A DNA stretch of 64,000 nt from Squalus acanthias (GCA_030390025.1 JASTWF010000109.1:248001-312000); one strand, 5' to 3'; counted from the first letter of the stretch, positions 35,951-48,600 are shown. The notes: generated from the letters alone by a model not told the origin. Translations and numbers: made by a program.

Positions 35951-38900
35951 ATTTAAATTGTCAGAATAACTTCCAGCTTCCCAGCAGATTAGAACAGGCG
36001 CTGCTTTCTGGAGCGTTCCAGTCACTTCCTGAAAATGTTTGTTCTGAAAGTGAGCTCAGGATCAGGCCAATCTCATTCAATAATTAGCTGATACTCAAGA
36101 TGTTTAAAGATTATTAATTCATTATAAGTAGGGCAGATTTTTTCAAAGTGGATTAAACTCAATAAATGAGAGGTTATTTCAAAGGATAAATGGATCTATT
36201 GTTATATATCTGGCTCAAGCACACGCGCCTCATTAGTTAGATGCCGAATAAGATTCTTTCAATACTGTTGCAAGAAACACTCAGGTCAGATACAGGACAG
36301 ATACGATCAGGCACTGCAAAGGCAGATTTACTTTGTCAAACGGCGTAAGGTTAGTTTCAATTCACGTTAAATATTTTCCTACACTGCCCTGTCAGACGCT
36401 CCGGGTCAAGGATAGCAAGGTTTGGATTCCGAGTAAAGTTCCCTCTGCACTGCCCTGTCAGAGACTCGGGTCTAGTATCGCAAGGATTAGATTCCGAGTA
36501 AAGTTCCCTATACACTGCCCTGTCAGAGACTCGGGACAAGTATATCAAGGTTTAGATTCCGAGCAAAGTTCCCTCTACACTGTCCCGTGAAACATATCCA
36601 GAGCAGATAGTTTCTCTGCAGTGTTTCTGTACTGCTCCATCTGAATGTCACAAATTTGGACACTGATCTCATTTCTGAGGCGTCTCTTCAACCTCACTGT
36701 TAATCGTTCAAGTTTCCCACAAACACAAGTTTCTTAAATAATTGAGACAAATTACACTCCCTGAGATACAGGTGAACGAACCAGAAGGTTTACAACCAGT
36801 CAGGAGGACTCCTGATTATCACACTCTGCGCAGGCGCACAGAAACAGAACAGACACAAATGATGCAACAATGCTGGTCCCGGCAGAGAGATCTGATCAAT
36901 CTGTCAATTTCAATCAAGCTGTTTGATTTCCAATTTATTTTTGTCAATTTCAGACCACCTCAACTCTGCACGTTCTTTTAAATTAAACTTGCATTAATGT
37001 GAAAAACTCAACATCCAACAATGTTTCCCTATCTGTCGACAATCTTACAAACCGTGTAAGATTTAATTTCCCTGAAAACAAGTATCTGGAAATAATTCAC
37101 ATTCCAGGGTAATTGTCCGCCCGGAACACGGGACTCAGCGGCAGAGTAAGAATTAACAAACCAGGAGACATTGACATTGAAAACCGATTACCACAGATTT
37201 GATATAAATTCTGAATTAAATAAAACCTATAAAATCATCGAGGGAAAAACGAAGTTAATTCATTAAAATCTGCGGCGACACCTTATCGAGCTGTGCACAG
37301 CTGAGAAAGTAATGTCTTCCTTCCTAAATTAATTTCAGATTTCATTAAAATTCTCTCCAACCTTTGAGATTTTGCAGTGACTGTAATCCTGGCCAGTATA
37401 CAACGCAATTGTGAGCGCTCTTTTATGTTGAATTAATTAGCACTGATGTTATATTCTGAGTTAATCTTCATGTTAACTGATGTTACACTGTATCATTGAA
37501 AATATTCTGAGAGCCTGTCTGGCCCTTCCTCCTCAGAACCACCCGCTCCTGGAACTTGTGTAATTAAATTAATCTGCTTGAATTTCAGTGTGTTATTTGT
37601 CATCTCGAGCCTTATTAATAAATTAATTAATAGTAATTCTAAACCTGTTTCTATCTGGTAACTCATGAAATATTAGGGTGTTAATTAAATTGGCACGATC
37701 ATTCATCAATATTTAAATACTAAACATCATATTAATACTTAACTAAAATCAGACAAAAAAACAATTTTAGCGTAAATCCAATAATATTTCAATAATTAAA
37801 AATGATCAGGAACATTTAATACTGTCCAGCTCTCTACCTAAACGTGTTTAAACTCTTCATATTTCTGAAATCTCCGATATAACATAAACTCCGTCTATTC
37901 TGAGAGTGCAGTTCACATTATGGAATTAGGAGTGGACTATTTCAAATAGTTCAATGACCGGCCGGGGTCACATCTCTCTAACTACCGATGGGCTGAAACA
38001 CCGCCTGCTTACTAAAGCTGGACTCTCGAGTTGAAATATTGTGCTCAATCTGAACCATAAAAAATATGTTTATTAATTAAAAAGCACCCGGGCAGTTTAT
38101 AGTCAGTATCAGAGTCTCCGCTATTTAATAACACAAACAATATTTTTTATTTTACTCCTGTATTTCACAGAATGCCCTTAAATTAATTATTAAATATAGT
38201 CTGCTATTTATTGAACACAATTTCCAGTATGATCAATGTAAAACTAGGCGAGAACAATTCATTCAGACCATCTGCGGCACTGAAACTTAATGAGCAAATG
38301 AAGGAGTGACATTGTTCATCAATTTAATATTAATAGATTTCGGATATAATCTGTCCTTTGTCTATCGTTCTATCCCGTATACAGCAGAGCTATGGGAGAC
38401 AGGTTTTTTTTTAAATTCAAGATAATATGAACATTTTGTAATTAAATTAATCTGTTTGACTGTCAATGGATTATTTGTCTGTCACCAGCCTTACGCACTC
38501 TGAACCTTCCTTGAATTAAATAGAATCACAGGAACAATTCTTTGACTGCCAGCGACATCAGTCTCTCAGCCTTTGAACTTGCTGATTAGTTTAATGATAA
38601 TTGTCTCGCTATCAAACATCCAATAATATTGAAGAAATAAGATGGTTCCGGCTGCACATTATGAAGTTAATAACTCGCCATGTACATTAAATTGACAAAC
38701 TGCAATTTACAACACGGATTGAAGTTGTATTTAAATACAACCCGTCATTCATCTGTGTAAAACTGGAGGTAGCAATTAATTAACACCCCTAATCAAACTG
38801 AACACAGCGTTGGAATCAGTATGTTGATATTGAAATAATTGCAGGCACAATTAAAAAACACTCTCCTGCCTCTAAAATTTTCCACTCAAGTTAATTTTGC

Positions 38901-39054
38901 CCAGTGCACAGCAGAACTGTGGAAGGCGAATAATGTTTAGTAAATTAATATAAATACTGTAGATTATTTTATTAATATTGGGAGATAATATCGCATTATT
39001 ATCGTTGATTAATAATTATTTAGTTTAACGACAACCTGAACACTATGTCGACAG

Positions 39055-40152
39055 TAATTAAAGTAACATTTCACGCATTAAATATGAGCATCATAAACCA
39101 TAGATTAAAAGTTGAATGCATAATTATCACTTCAATAAAAAGATGATTTTTGATTTCTAAAACCTTCCTGTTTTCTGATAGTTTGAAACACATATAATGT
39201 TTGCATTAGATCAGAAACCTGCTGCCGCTCGATGTCACCGAGATTAAACATTGTAGAAACGCCAAATAGTTTCACAAATTCTAGGTATTCAGAGTTACAC
39301 AGACACACGCTCTCCTCAGCAGATCAACACTAAATCACATCACTGAGGGGCTGAATCCCTCGACAGAACCTTTCATGGAGCAGCAGCTTCATTCTACAAA
39401 CCCTTTCAGCAGAATCAAATGTAACATTGCAAAAAAATCTCAATACAGAATCCACCGAACCCGCCTGTCACTCAACGGATTAATTATTGAAATAAGCAGG
39501 AATATAAAATAATGACGGCAGATTGTGATTAGACAAATCATGTTCAATACATGATAATGATTTTATAGCATATTTTAATAATATTGGGTGATATTACTAC
39601 ATTGTAATAATGTAAGTAATGTTAATTTAAATCTGCTCCGAATGCAAATTTGTTAGTTTTGTATTTCTTAATTACAGTAACGTTTCACGTATTAAATATG
39701 AACGTTCCTGAATATTGGATTAACAGATGTCATGTAATTATCACAAATAAAAATACATTGAAATATCTTAAGGTTATTTCTGAGCCCTAAAGCTCTATGT
39801 TTTGTGCCTTCAATCTCCTCTCACACATTGAAACACAATGTTTGGTTTCGATCAGAAAACCTGCAGCAATTCGATGTCACCGAGATTAAACGCTGCACAA
39901 ACGCCTATCAGTTTAACAACCGTTAGGTGTTTAAAGTAACCCAGGGACACAGTCTCCTCAAACGATAAACACCAAATCACATCAATCAGAGGCTCAATCC
40001 CTCAACAACATTTTCAGTGAAGAAACAGTTTAAATCTATAATCCCATTGCAGCAGAATCAAATAAAACATTGCAAACAATCTCAATACAGAATCCACCGA
40101 ACCCAAGTTTCAGTGAACGAATTAATTTTAAAATAAACAGAAATATAAAATA
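39055..40152. repeat. Diverged direct duplication (~460 bp) just 3' of JH
   Basis: 39055-39512 matches 39670-40152 (e.g. GATGTCACCGAGATTAAAC and CTCAATACAGAATCCACCGAACCC each occur twice). Confidence 0.85.
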
Positions 40153-40196
40153 AAAACACAAAGACAACAGTTACTGAATGAGTGCATGTTTCTTAC

Positions 40197-40244
40197 CTGC
40201 AGTCACCGACACCATGGTCCCTTGTCCCCAGTAGCCGAGATAGT
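40197..40244 (-). CDS. IGHJ: JH segment
   Basis: YLGYWGQGTMVSVTA G|gtaaga, WGxG motif. Confidence 0.96.
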
Positions 40245-40282
40245 CACAGTGTTACATTCCCTGGGCTGGTCACACAATAACC
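40245..40282 (+). other. JH RSS, 22-bp spacer
   Basis: CACAGTG-22-ACAATAACC. Confidence 0.95.
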
Positions 40283-40609
40283 GGCACTGCACAGAACAGA
40301 CAGAAACACAACATTAGTTGAAATATCCATATCCCAGAGGTAAAGTAAAGTCACGGTGGATCTTCATAAAATGATCAATGCGTTAATGGAAACTTTTCAC
40401 TCTTTATAAAATACCCTGATGGTTTATGTTTCACAGAGTAGCCCATGAACAGTTATCGAAATCTCAACTGTTCAATGAATAATTATCACAGTTTATCCAT
40501 ATTGAAGCGTGCTAGTAGGACAGTGCTGGACACAAATAATACTCCACTGCTTATACAGTTGGATTGTAAAAGCGAGCACTGACCCAAACTCACTCAATTA
40601 GTTCTGAGC

Positions 40610-40678
40610 GGTTTTTGTATTGACAGTAACTGCTGTGCCATCCCATATATCACAGTGAGACACGCCGTGACAAATACT
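40610..40678 (-). other. IGHD: D2 segment (40638-40650, ATATATGGGATGG) with 12/12 RSSs
   Basis: On + strand: GGTTTTTGT-12-TGCTGTG [D] CACAGTG-12-ACAAATACT. Confidence 0.95.
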
Positions 40679-40989
40679 GCGGCGAACTATTAACTGTAAA
40701 ATACCGAGATTAAATTCCACAGCGCTCTAAATACCTGGTTCCAACTCCCCTAACTCTGCACCAGTGAGATATTTCAGTTTGTTCTGGTCATTATATTTAT
40801 AAAAGGGATTGGATTACTTCTGAAGCATCTGTGCAGATTTAGCATGATAATCAACATTAATAAAGCAAAACACTTTATACCTTTAAAACAATATATCTTA
40901 CTTGTCCTCATTATTTTAATTTAAGCCTAATTTCCGACGACTCTCCTGGCGTGGTCGTGATCGCAGGTTTGAGCAAACTCCCAGTCTGA

Positions 40990-41070
40990 GGTTTTTGTAT
41001 GAGGAGCTCGCTGCGTACAGCACCGTGACCCCACTGTAGTACCACAGTGACAGGAACCCGCACAAATACT
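40990..41070 (-). other. IGHD: D1 segment (41028-41042, GTACTACAGTGGGGT) with 5' 12-RSS and 3' 22-RSS
   Basis: On + strand: GGTTTTTGT-22-CACCGTG [D] CACAGTG-12-ACAAATACT. Confidence 0.95.
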
Positions 41071-41101
41071 GCACTCACTCTCTGTGCAGTACTGACTCTC
41101 A

Positions 41102-41197
41102 ACATTCACTTCAAATAGACATTCACTTCAAATAGACATTCACTTCAAATAGACATTCACTTCAAATAGACATTCACTTCAAATAGACATTCACTTC
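41102..41197. repeat. Perfect 17-bp tandem repeat (ACATTCACTTCAAATAG) x5.6 in the V-D1 spacer
   Basis: Five identical full copies plus an 11-nt partial copy. Confidence 0.97.
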
Positions 41198-41529
41198 TGT
41201 TCCAGTTCAGAATTTACCCCAACAGTTTACAAAGCACAATATAAACTGAACTCAGTTCCAATCAACTCCCTCCAGGTATCAGTCAGATTGAACCGAGCAT
41301 CATATCCAGCTCTACAATTGCTGACACTGTTAACAGTAAACAGGAGCACAACCAGAACCTCTCCTCAGTACATCGGTTAGTGGGTTAGACTTTTACCATT
41401 GAATTTTCAGTGTGTTAGTTTTGTAAGAAGCGGCTTGTGGTCTTGTTCTGAACACTGCCGTTAATATTGTATTTGCCACAATTACTGACCGTCAGGTTAT
41501 GATGGAAGTTGCTGAATTTCCCCTCGGTC

Positions 41530-41568
41530 TGTTCTTGTACGGGTCCAGCCCTGGTTCCTCTCGCTGTG
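41530..41568 (-). other. VH RSS, 23-bp spacer
   Basis: CACAGCG-23-ACAAGAACA. Confidence 0.92.
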
Positions 41569-41876
41569 GTCTCTAGCACAGTAATAGATGGCGGTGTCTT
41601 CGGGCTTCAGGGTCTTCATGTCCAACGCGAAGATGTTGTTTGAAGTGTCTTTCGACGCAGTAAATCGGTCTTCAATCCCGGGGGCGTAAGCGTTGTTCGA
41701 TGAACTAGCATAGGTAACCAGCCACTCCAGCCCCTGTCCGGGAAACTGTCGGATCCAGCTCATGTAGTAGCTACCAAGATTGAAACCGCTGGTTTTACAG
41801 GTCAGTCTCAGGGAGCCTCCGGGACTCCCGGTCTCTGCCTTGGGCTGAGTCAACACTATGTCATCCGACTGGACAC
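41569..41876 (-). CDS. IGHV: VH exon (germline, unrearranged)
   Basis: tttacag|(G)[49 protein letters not shown]. Confidence 0.97.
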
Positions 41877-42002
41877 CTGTAAAAAAATCAAAAACCCCGA
41901 GGATTAATCCTGGTGAAATGATTCCTGACTCTGTAACATTCCAGAGAGAGACTAACACTGAGACAGTAACAGTGAGAGACTTGGACAATAAAAACTACTC
42001 AC

Positions 42003-42048
42003 CGGATAAGAAAGCCAGCAACAGACTGAGATAAATCGCCGACCTCAT
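42003..42048 (-). CDS. IGHV: VH leader exon
   Basis: ATG MRSAIYLSLLLAFLS G|gtgagt; phase 1; 126-nt intron to the V exon. Confidence 0.95.
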
Positions 42049-42140
42049 CCTTCTGGCAATGTGTGGGAAATGGTTCTGGCAAGAACTCACTGAGCAAACC
42101 CGCTCCCGGACTGTTGTAGTGCGGTCCCAGTGACCGGCAG

Positions 42141-42222
42141 TTAAATACCCGGCAGATGGGGGCGTGGTTACAGGCGCCGCCTATTGGTTCACTGATAGAG
42201 GCGGCTACTGGAGCACGTCACA
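42141..42222 (-). promoter_or_regulatory. Putative VH promoter
   Basis: On the minus strand: CRE-like TGACGTG (42220-42214), CCAAT, GC box, E-box CATCTG, TATA-like TATTTAA (42147-42141); no perfect octamer seen. Confidence 0.6.
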
Positions 42223-43752
42223 CCCTCCACATCACCAACAGAATGGACTCACATCAGTACTGTAAATTAATTCCTTTATTTACTCACTATTTACAGGAGG
42301 AGTGAATCTCTAAGATTAAATGACATTATCAGGCTCTAAAGAGACTGCCAGTGAGTGTTACTGCATCTCCCGGTACATATCCCTACATTCTGTACCAATA
42401 AAGTATCCCCTATAATATGAAGTGCTTAGGTCTAAGTAACTGAATGCGGGACATGTGTAATGTGATTGTATTTGCAATGTGGATGACTATAGCTGCACGA
42501 TTTGGGTCTGGAGATGATTACAATCCCCTCACATTATACAAGTGTCTCTCATTGCATTTCTCTAACTGCCCCTGAGTCTGTGACTCCAAGACAGTCCTTT
42601 ATAAAATTAGCTGTAAAATTAATCCGCTTGCCTGATAATTAAGGAGTGAGTTGACAGAGACACATAAGAATGTGAGGCCCGCCCGCTTCAGATCAGCTTT
42701 TTAAGAGAGAAGCTGGTGAATGAGAACCGATAATGCGATCAGCAAACCCCGGCATCCAAATCATTGCAGCGAACTTTAATATCGACCGACTGTGTGACCT
42801 ACACTGGCATCAGGAACACAGTATATCAGGACAAAGCGGTATGTTACAGAATATCACAAGAATGAAGGATTTATCTCCCGCTGAAACACATCACAAACTG
42901 GGCATTTATCTACCCATTGATAGCCGGGCTATGAGAGGGCTTGTTCCGGAATCCAAATCAGCAGAAATTAAACTGCACAGTGCGCGGTTCCTCATCAGTA
43001 ATAAGGGAGCCTTCAGTTTACATCAGGCGAACAACTCTGAGAATATTCAAGGAAGTGCAGCGGGTTCAAGGCAATTCCACCTCTGTTTTATTTACTGTGC
43101 GATTCCCACTCATCTCATTGCAGTGTGTGTATGGGTTCATTAAATCTCTCTCCAGCACTTCATGCAGTACTGAATAAACGGGCTGAATTATCTGGAATTA
43201 TCTTTATTTCAAAATATTTTGAATTGAATACCATATGAATCAATTGCTATTTTCTGATCCTATTTTATAATATACTGAGCATGGAATTTACCGAAAATCA
43301 ATCTTTAGAATTTAATATCATTTAAAATGTTTCTTTATTTAAGGAGCGCAAATGAATAATTTAATGCTCAAATAGTTAAATCCCATCTTTTTTCCATTCA
43401 TGTTGACGCTAATCTGCCCCACACAGTATTTGGCAGCAATCCAGCCGACTGCCGTTAGTGAGGCTCGAACACCCAGTGCCATTTACAGGAAGCATCTGGG
43501 GGTTCAGAGCAGTAAATCAAAGATCTGTTTCCTCACTACTGACCGCTTGGCTCAAAGCCAACATCAAACCCTTTACATTGTCAATGAGGCCTATTTAAAT
43601 ACAAATCTACCCAGCAACAGTACTGGAGTCAATTTAATTATTTTAGTTATATAACTATTTGAAACTGTTCCAATGTACCAGGAAAGCAAATATATCCAAC
43701 GTCCCAGACACCATGTCAGTAGCAGCAGTCAGCTGGAGGACCTGTCCAGCTC

Positions 43753-44507
43753 NNNNNNNNNNNNNNNNNNNNNNNNNNNNNNNNNNNNNNNNNNNNNNNN
43801 NNNNNNNNNNNNNNNNNNNNNNNNNNNNNNNNNNNNNNNNNNNNNNNNNNNNNNNNNNNNNNNNNNNNNNNNNNNNNNNNNNNNNNNNNNNNNNNNNNNN
43901 NNNNNNNNNNNNNNNNNNNNNNNNNNNNNNNNNNNNNNNNNNNNNNNNNNNNNNNNNNNNNNNNNNNNNNNNNNNNNNNNNNNNNNNNNNNNNNNNNNNN
44001 NNNNNNNNNNNNNNNNNNNNNNNNNNNNNNNNNNNNNNNNNNNNNNNNGATAGNNNNNNNNNNNNNNNNNNNNNNNNNNNNNNNNNNNNNNNNNNNNNNN
44101 NNNNNNNNNNNNNNNNNNNNNNNNNNNNNNNNNNNNNNNNNNNNNNNNNNNNNNNNNNNNNNNNNNNNNNNNNNNNNNNNNNNNNNNNNNNNNNNNNNNN
44201 NNNNNNNNNNNNNNNNNNNNNNNNNNNNNNNNNNNNNNNNNNNNNNNNNNNNNNNNNNNNNNNNNNNNNNNNNNNNNNNNNNNNNNNNNNNNNNNNNNNN
44301 NNNNNNNNNNNNNNNNNNNNNNNNNNNNNNNNNNNNNNNNNNNNNNNNNNNNNNNNNNNNNNNNNNNNNNNNNNNNNNNNNNNNNNNNNNNNNNNNNNNN
44401 NNNNNNNNNNNNNNNNNNNNNNNNNNNNNNNNNNNNNNNNNNNNNNNNNNNNNNNNNNNNNNNNNNNNNNNNNNNNNNNNNNNNNNNNNNNNNNNNNNNN
44501 NNNNNNN
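43753..44507. other. Run of Ns (gap or mask) with a 5-nt island GATAG at 44049-44053
   Basis: Directly visible. Confidence 0.99.
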
Positions 44508-44559
44508 AGATAGATGGAAGATGGATGGAATGATGGAGCTTCTCTCTGTGTTGTTAAAG

Positions 44560-45225
44560 TTTACAGGGACAGAGGGACCTTGGAGTTAATATGCATAAGT
44601 CCCTGAAATGGAAGGACATATTGAGAGAGTGGTTAGCAAAGCATATGTGATCTTGGGCTTCATATATAGAGGTATTGAGTACAAAAGCAGAGAAGTTATG
44701 CTGAAAATTTATATGAAGTTTTTTGTGAAGGCCCTTGAGTGGGTGCAGAGGAGATTTACCAGAATGGTTCCGAGGATGGGAGATCTTAGCTACAAGGAGA
44801 GGTTGGAGAAGTTGGATTTGTTTACATTAGAGCAAAGGAGGTTGAGGGGTGATTTGATAGAGGTGTACAAGATTATGACGGGTTTGGATCGGCTAGACAG
44901 AGAAAAGCTGTTCCCACTAGTTGAAGGTATAAGACTAGGGACACAGATTTAAGGTTTTGGTCAAGAGATACAGGGGGATGTGAGGAAAAACTATTACGCA
45001 GCGTGTGGTGAGGACCTTGAATTCGCTGCCGACGGAAGTGGTGGAAGCGGAGACACTCAATGTTTTCAAGGGGAGCCTGGATAGGCACTTGAGGAAAACA
45101 AACTTGGAGAACTACAGGGATAGAGCGGGGGAAAGGGACTGACTGGATTGCTCTACAGAGAGCCGGCACGGTTCGATGGGCCGAATGGCCTCCTTCTGTG
45201 CCGTTATGACTCTATGACTCTGACT
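44560..45225 (+). mobile_element. CR1-type LINE 3' fragment
   Basis: GIEYKSREV, ALEWVQRRFTRM, LEQRRLRGDLIEVYKIM; ends with an ATGACTCT repeat tail. Confidence 0.88.
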
Positions 45226-45679
45226 ATATTCAGTTGGAAAGTGATTAAATCACACCGAGGATAATGAGCAGCCACCCAACAGTCTCTGCACTGTATTGTC
45301 CAGTGATCACCTCACCATCACACAGAAGCTCCTGATATAAACCTCCAGTGTGTGATGATTGGTGCAAGTGATGGTAAAAATGAAACTGTAACCGTATCTG
45401 ATGTGAGGTTAATAAATCTGTTATTCCATGACTTATTACTTCCCTCGTTTGATGAGGTCACATCGAGCACTCCAGTGGCTGAGGGTCAGAGTTCGCACTG
45501 ATGTTACTATGATGGCCAAGTGAAAATGATGACGCTGCATTTTATTGGTGATGACGGCACAAGGAGCTTGTGTGTTGCTGATGTGAAGAAGCCAAACTGC
45601 TAAAACCGTAATGCAATATACAGGAAGTTGAACCAATAATAACATGTTGCTGGAGTACTGGAGTCACACTGTGTCATAA

Positions 45680-48600
45680 ACAATTCCAGGGCAGATGCAG
45701 CCCAGGTTAGAAACAAAGTAAAGCTCCCTCTACAATGTCCCATCCAGCACTCAGAGGGCAGGTACAGCCCAGGTAAGAAACAGGGTAAAGCTCCCTCTAA
45801 ACTGTGCCATCAAACACTGCCAGGGCAGGTACAGCATGCGTTAGCGACAGAGTAAAGCTCCATCTACACTATCCCATTAAACACTCCAGGATAGGTAGAG
45901 CATGGGCTAGATACAGTGTGAATCTCCCACTACATTAGCCCATCAAACACTCCCAGGCAACTATAGCAAGGGTTAGATACAAAGCAAAGTCCCTCTACAC
46001 TGACCCATCAAAAACTCCCAGGGCAGTTAGAGCACAGGTTCGATAAAGTGTAAAGCTCCCTCTACAATGTCCCATCGAACACTCCCAGGGCAGGTACAGT
46101 ACGGATTAGACACACAGTAACCTTCCCTCTACAATGGCCCATCAAGCACTCACAGGGCAGGTACAACACATATTAGACACAGAATAAAAACTCTTTATAC
46201 TGCCCCATCAAACACTTCCATGGAAGGTACCACACTGATTAGATACTTGGTAACCCTCCCACTGCACGTTCTTGTCAAACATTCCCATGGCAGGTATAGC
46301 ACGGGTTAGATACTGAGAAAAGCTCCTTCTTATCTTTCTAATTATACGCTCCCAGGGCAGGTACAGCATGCGTTATATAAAAAGTTAAGTTCACTCTACA
46401 CTGTCCCATCAAACACTCAGAGGGCAGGTACAGCACGGGTTGGATATAGAGTAAAACTCCCTGTGCACTGTCCTATCAAACATTACCAGGGCAGGTTTGC
46501 ACGGGTTAAATACTGGGTAAAGCTCACTCAAAACTGTCTCATCGAACACTCCCAGGGCTGGTACATCATGCGTTATATACAGAGTAATGCGGCTTCTGCA
46601 CATTCTCATCAAACACTCCCAGGGCAGGTACAGCATGCGTTATACAAAGAGTAAAGCTCTCTCTACAAAATCCCATCAAGTACTCCCAGGGCAGGTAAAG
46701 CACATGTTAGAAATGGAGTAAAGCTCCGTGTATACATTCTCATCAAACACTCCAAGGGCAGCTACAGCCTGCGTTATATACAGAGTCAAGCTGAATCTAC
46801 AACGTCCCATCAAGCACTCCCAGGGCCGGTTCAACACTAGTTAGATATAGCGAAAAGAACCGTATACACTCTCCCATCAAACACTCCCAGGGCAGTTACT
46901 GTTCGGGTTAAATACAGATTAAAGCTCTTTCTACACTGTCCCATCAAACTATGCAAGAACAGGTACAGCACGGGTTTGATAGAGAGTAAAGATCATTCTA
47001 CACGTTCTCATTAAACTCTCTCAGTTCAGATACCGCATGCGTTATATACAGAGAAAAGCTCCCTCTACAATGTCCCATCAAGCACTCCCAGGGCCGGTAC
47101 AGCACAGGTTAAATACAGAGGAAAGCTCACTTTATACTGCCCCATCAAACACTCCCAGGGCAGGAACAGCACGGGTTGGATACAGAGTAAAACGCCCTGT
47201 GCACTGTCCTATGAAACATTACCAGGGCAGGTTTTGCACGGGTTAAATACTGGGTAAAGCTCCCTCAACACTGTGCCATCAAGCACTCCCAGGGCAGGTA
47301 CAGCACAGGTTAGATATGGAGTAAAGCTCCCTCTAAACTGTCCCAGCAATCTCTGCCACGTCAGGGGGAGCACGATTTAAATACATAGTAAAGTTCCCGC
47401 TAAACTGTCACGTCAAACATTGCCAGCTCAGGTACATGTTAGATACAGAGCAAATGTCCCCCTAACTTTCCCAATAATCACTCCCAGGGCAGGGACAGCA
47501 CGGGTTAGATAGAGATTTAAACACCATGTACACATTCCCATCAAACAATACCAGGGCAGTTACAGCAAGAGTTAGATACAGAGAAAAGTTCCCTGTTCAT
47601 TGTTCCATCTATCACTCCCAGGGCAGGGAAAGCACGTGTTATATTCAGAGAATAGGTCCCTCTAAACTGTCCCATCAATAACTCCGAGGGCAGGTACAGC
47701 ACGTCTTAGATACAGAGTAAAGATCCATCCAAACTGTCCCATCAATCACTCCAAGGGCAATGACATTACCGGTTAGATACAAAGTAAAGAACCCTCTACA
47801 CTTTTCCACTAAAACACCCAGGGCAGGTTCAGCAAGGGTTAGATACAGCGTAAAAGTCCTTCTAAACTGTCCCATTAATAACTCCCAGGGCAGGGACAGC
47901 ACGGGTCAGATACAGGTTAGATCTCCGGCTAAACTGTCCCATCAATCACTCCCAGGGCAGGTATAGCAAGGATTAGATAAAGAGTAAATCTGCCTCCAAA
48001 CTTTTCCATCAAACACCCACACAGCAGGTACAGCAAGGTTTAGATAAAGAGTAAAGCTCCCTCTAAAATTCCCCATCAATCACTCCGAGGGCAGGGACAG
48101 TACGGGTTAGATACAGAGTAAATCTCACTCTAAACTGTCCCATCAAACACTCCCAGGGCAGGGACAGCATGAGATAAACACATAGTAAAGCTCAATCAAA
48201 TCTGTCCCATCAAACGCCCCCAGATCAGGTACAGCACATCTTAGATTCAGAGTAACAGTCCTTCTAAACTGTACCATCAATCACTTCCAGGGCAGAGACA
48301 GCACGTTTAATGTACCGATTAAATCTCCCTCTACACTTTCCGATCAGACAATCCCAGGGCAGGTTCAGCAAGGATGAGGTACAGAGTAATCTATCCCTCG
48401 ACATTGTCCCATCAAACAATCCCAGGGCAGATATAGCAAGGGTTATATACAGTGTAAATAGCCCTCTAAATTGTCCCATCAATCATTGCCAGGGCAAGGA
48501 TAGCACGGGGTAAATATATCGTAAAGTTCCCACTTAACTGTCTATTCAAACGCTCCCAGGTCAGGTACAGCACATGTAAGCTCCGGAGTAAAGTACCTCT

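Noticed and set aside
37672-38793. ~21-bp inverted repeat pair (ATTAGGGTGTTAATTAAATTG) as transposon TIRs
   Set aside because: Short, AT-rich and imperfect; no extension or target-site duplication
39512-39600. Second JH at the end of the duplicated JH-proximal block
   Set aside because: Homology stops before the J donor; no WGxG or RSS
40485-40545. Possible relic third D segment (CACAGTT, GACAGTG, ACAAATAAT)
   Set aside because: Heptamer-like and nonamer-like words are not at 12 or 22/23 spacing
41102-41197. CRISPR-like array
   Set aside because: No spacers; vertebrate tandem repeat
12096-42048. IgW or IgNAR identity, suggested by six C exons
   Set aside because: Cmu1-4, the secretory tail and TM1 match recalled shark IgM, and exons 5-6 are paralogues of exons 3-4. 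V has a conventional FR2/CDR2 and there are two D segments.
42733-43177. Short ORFs upstream of VH
   Set aside because: No recognisable domain or splice structure
43659-44513. 284-aa ORF
   Set aside because: Artefact of the N-run
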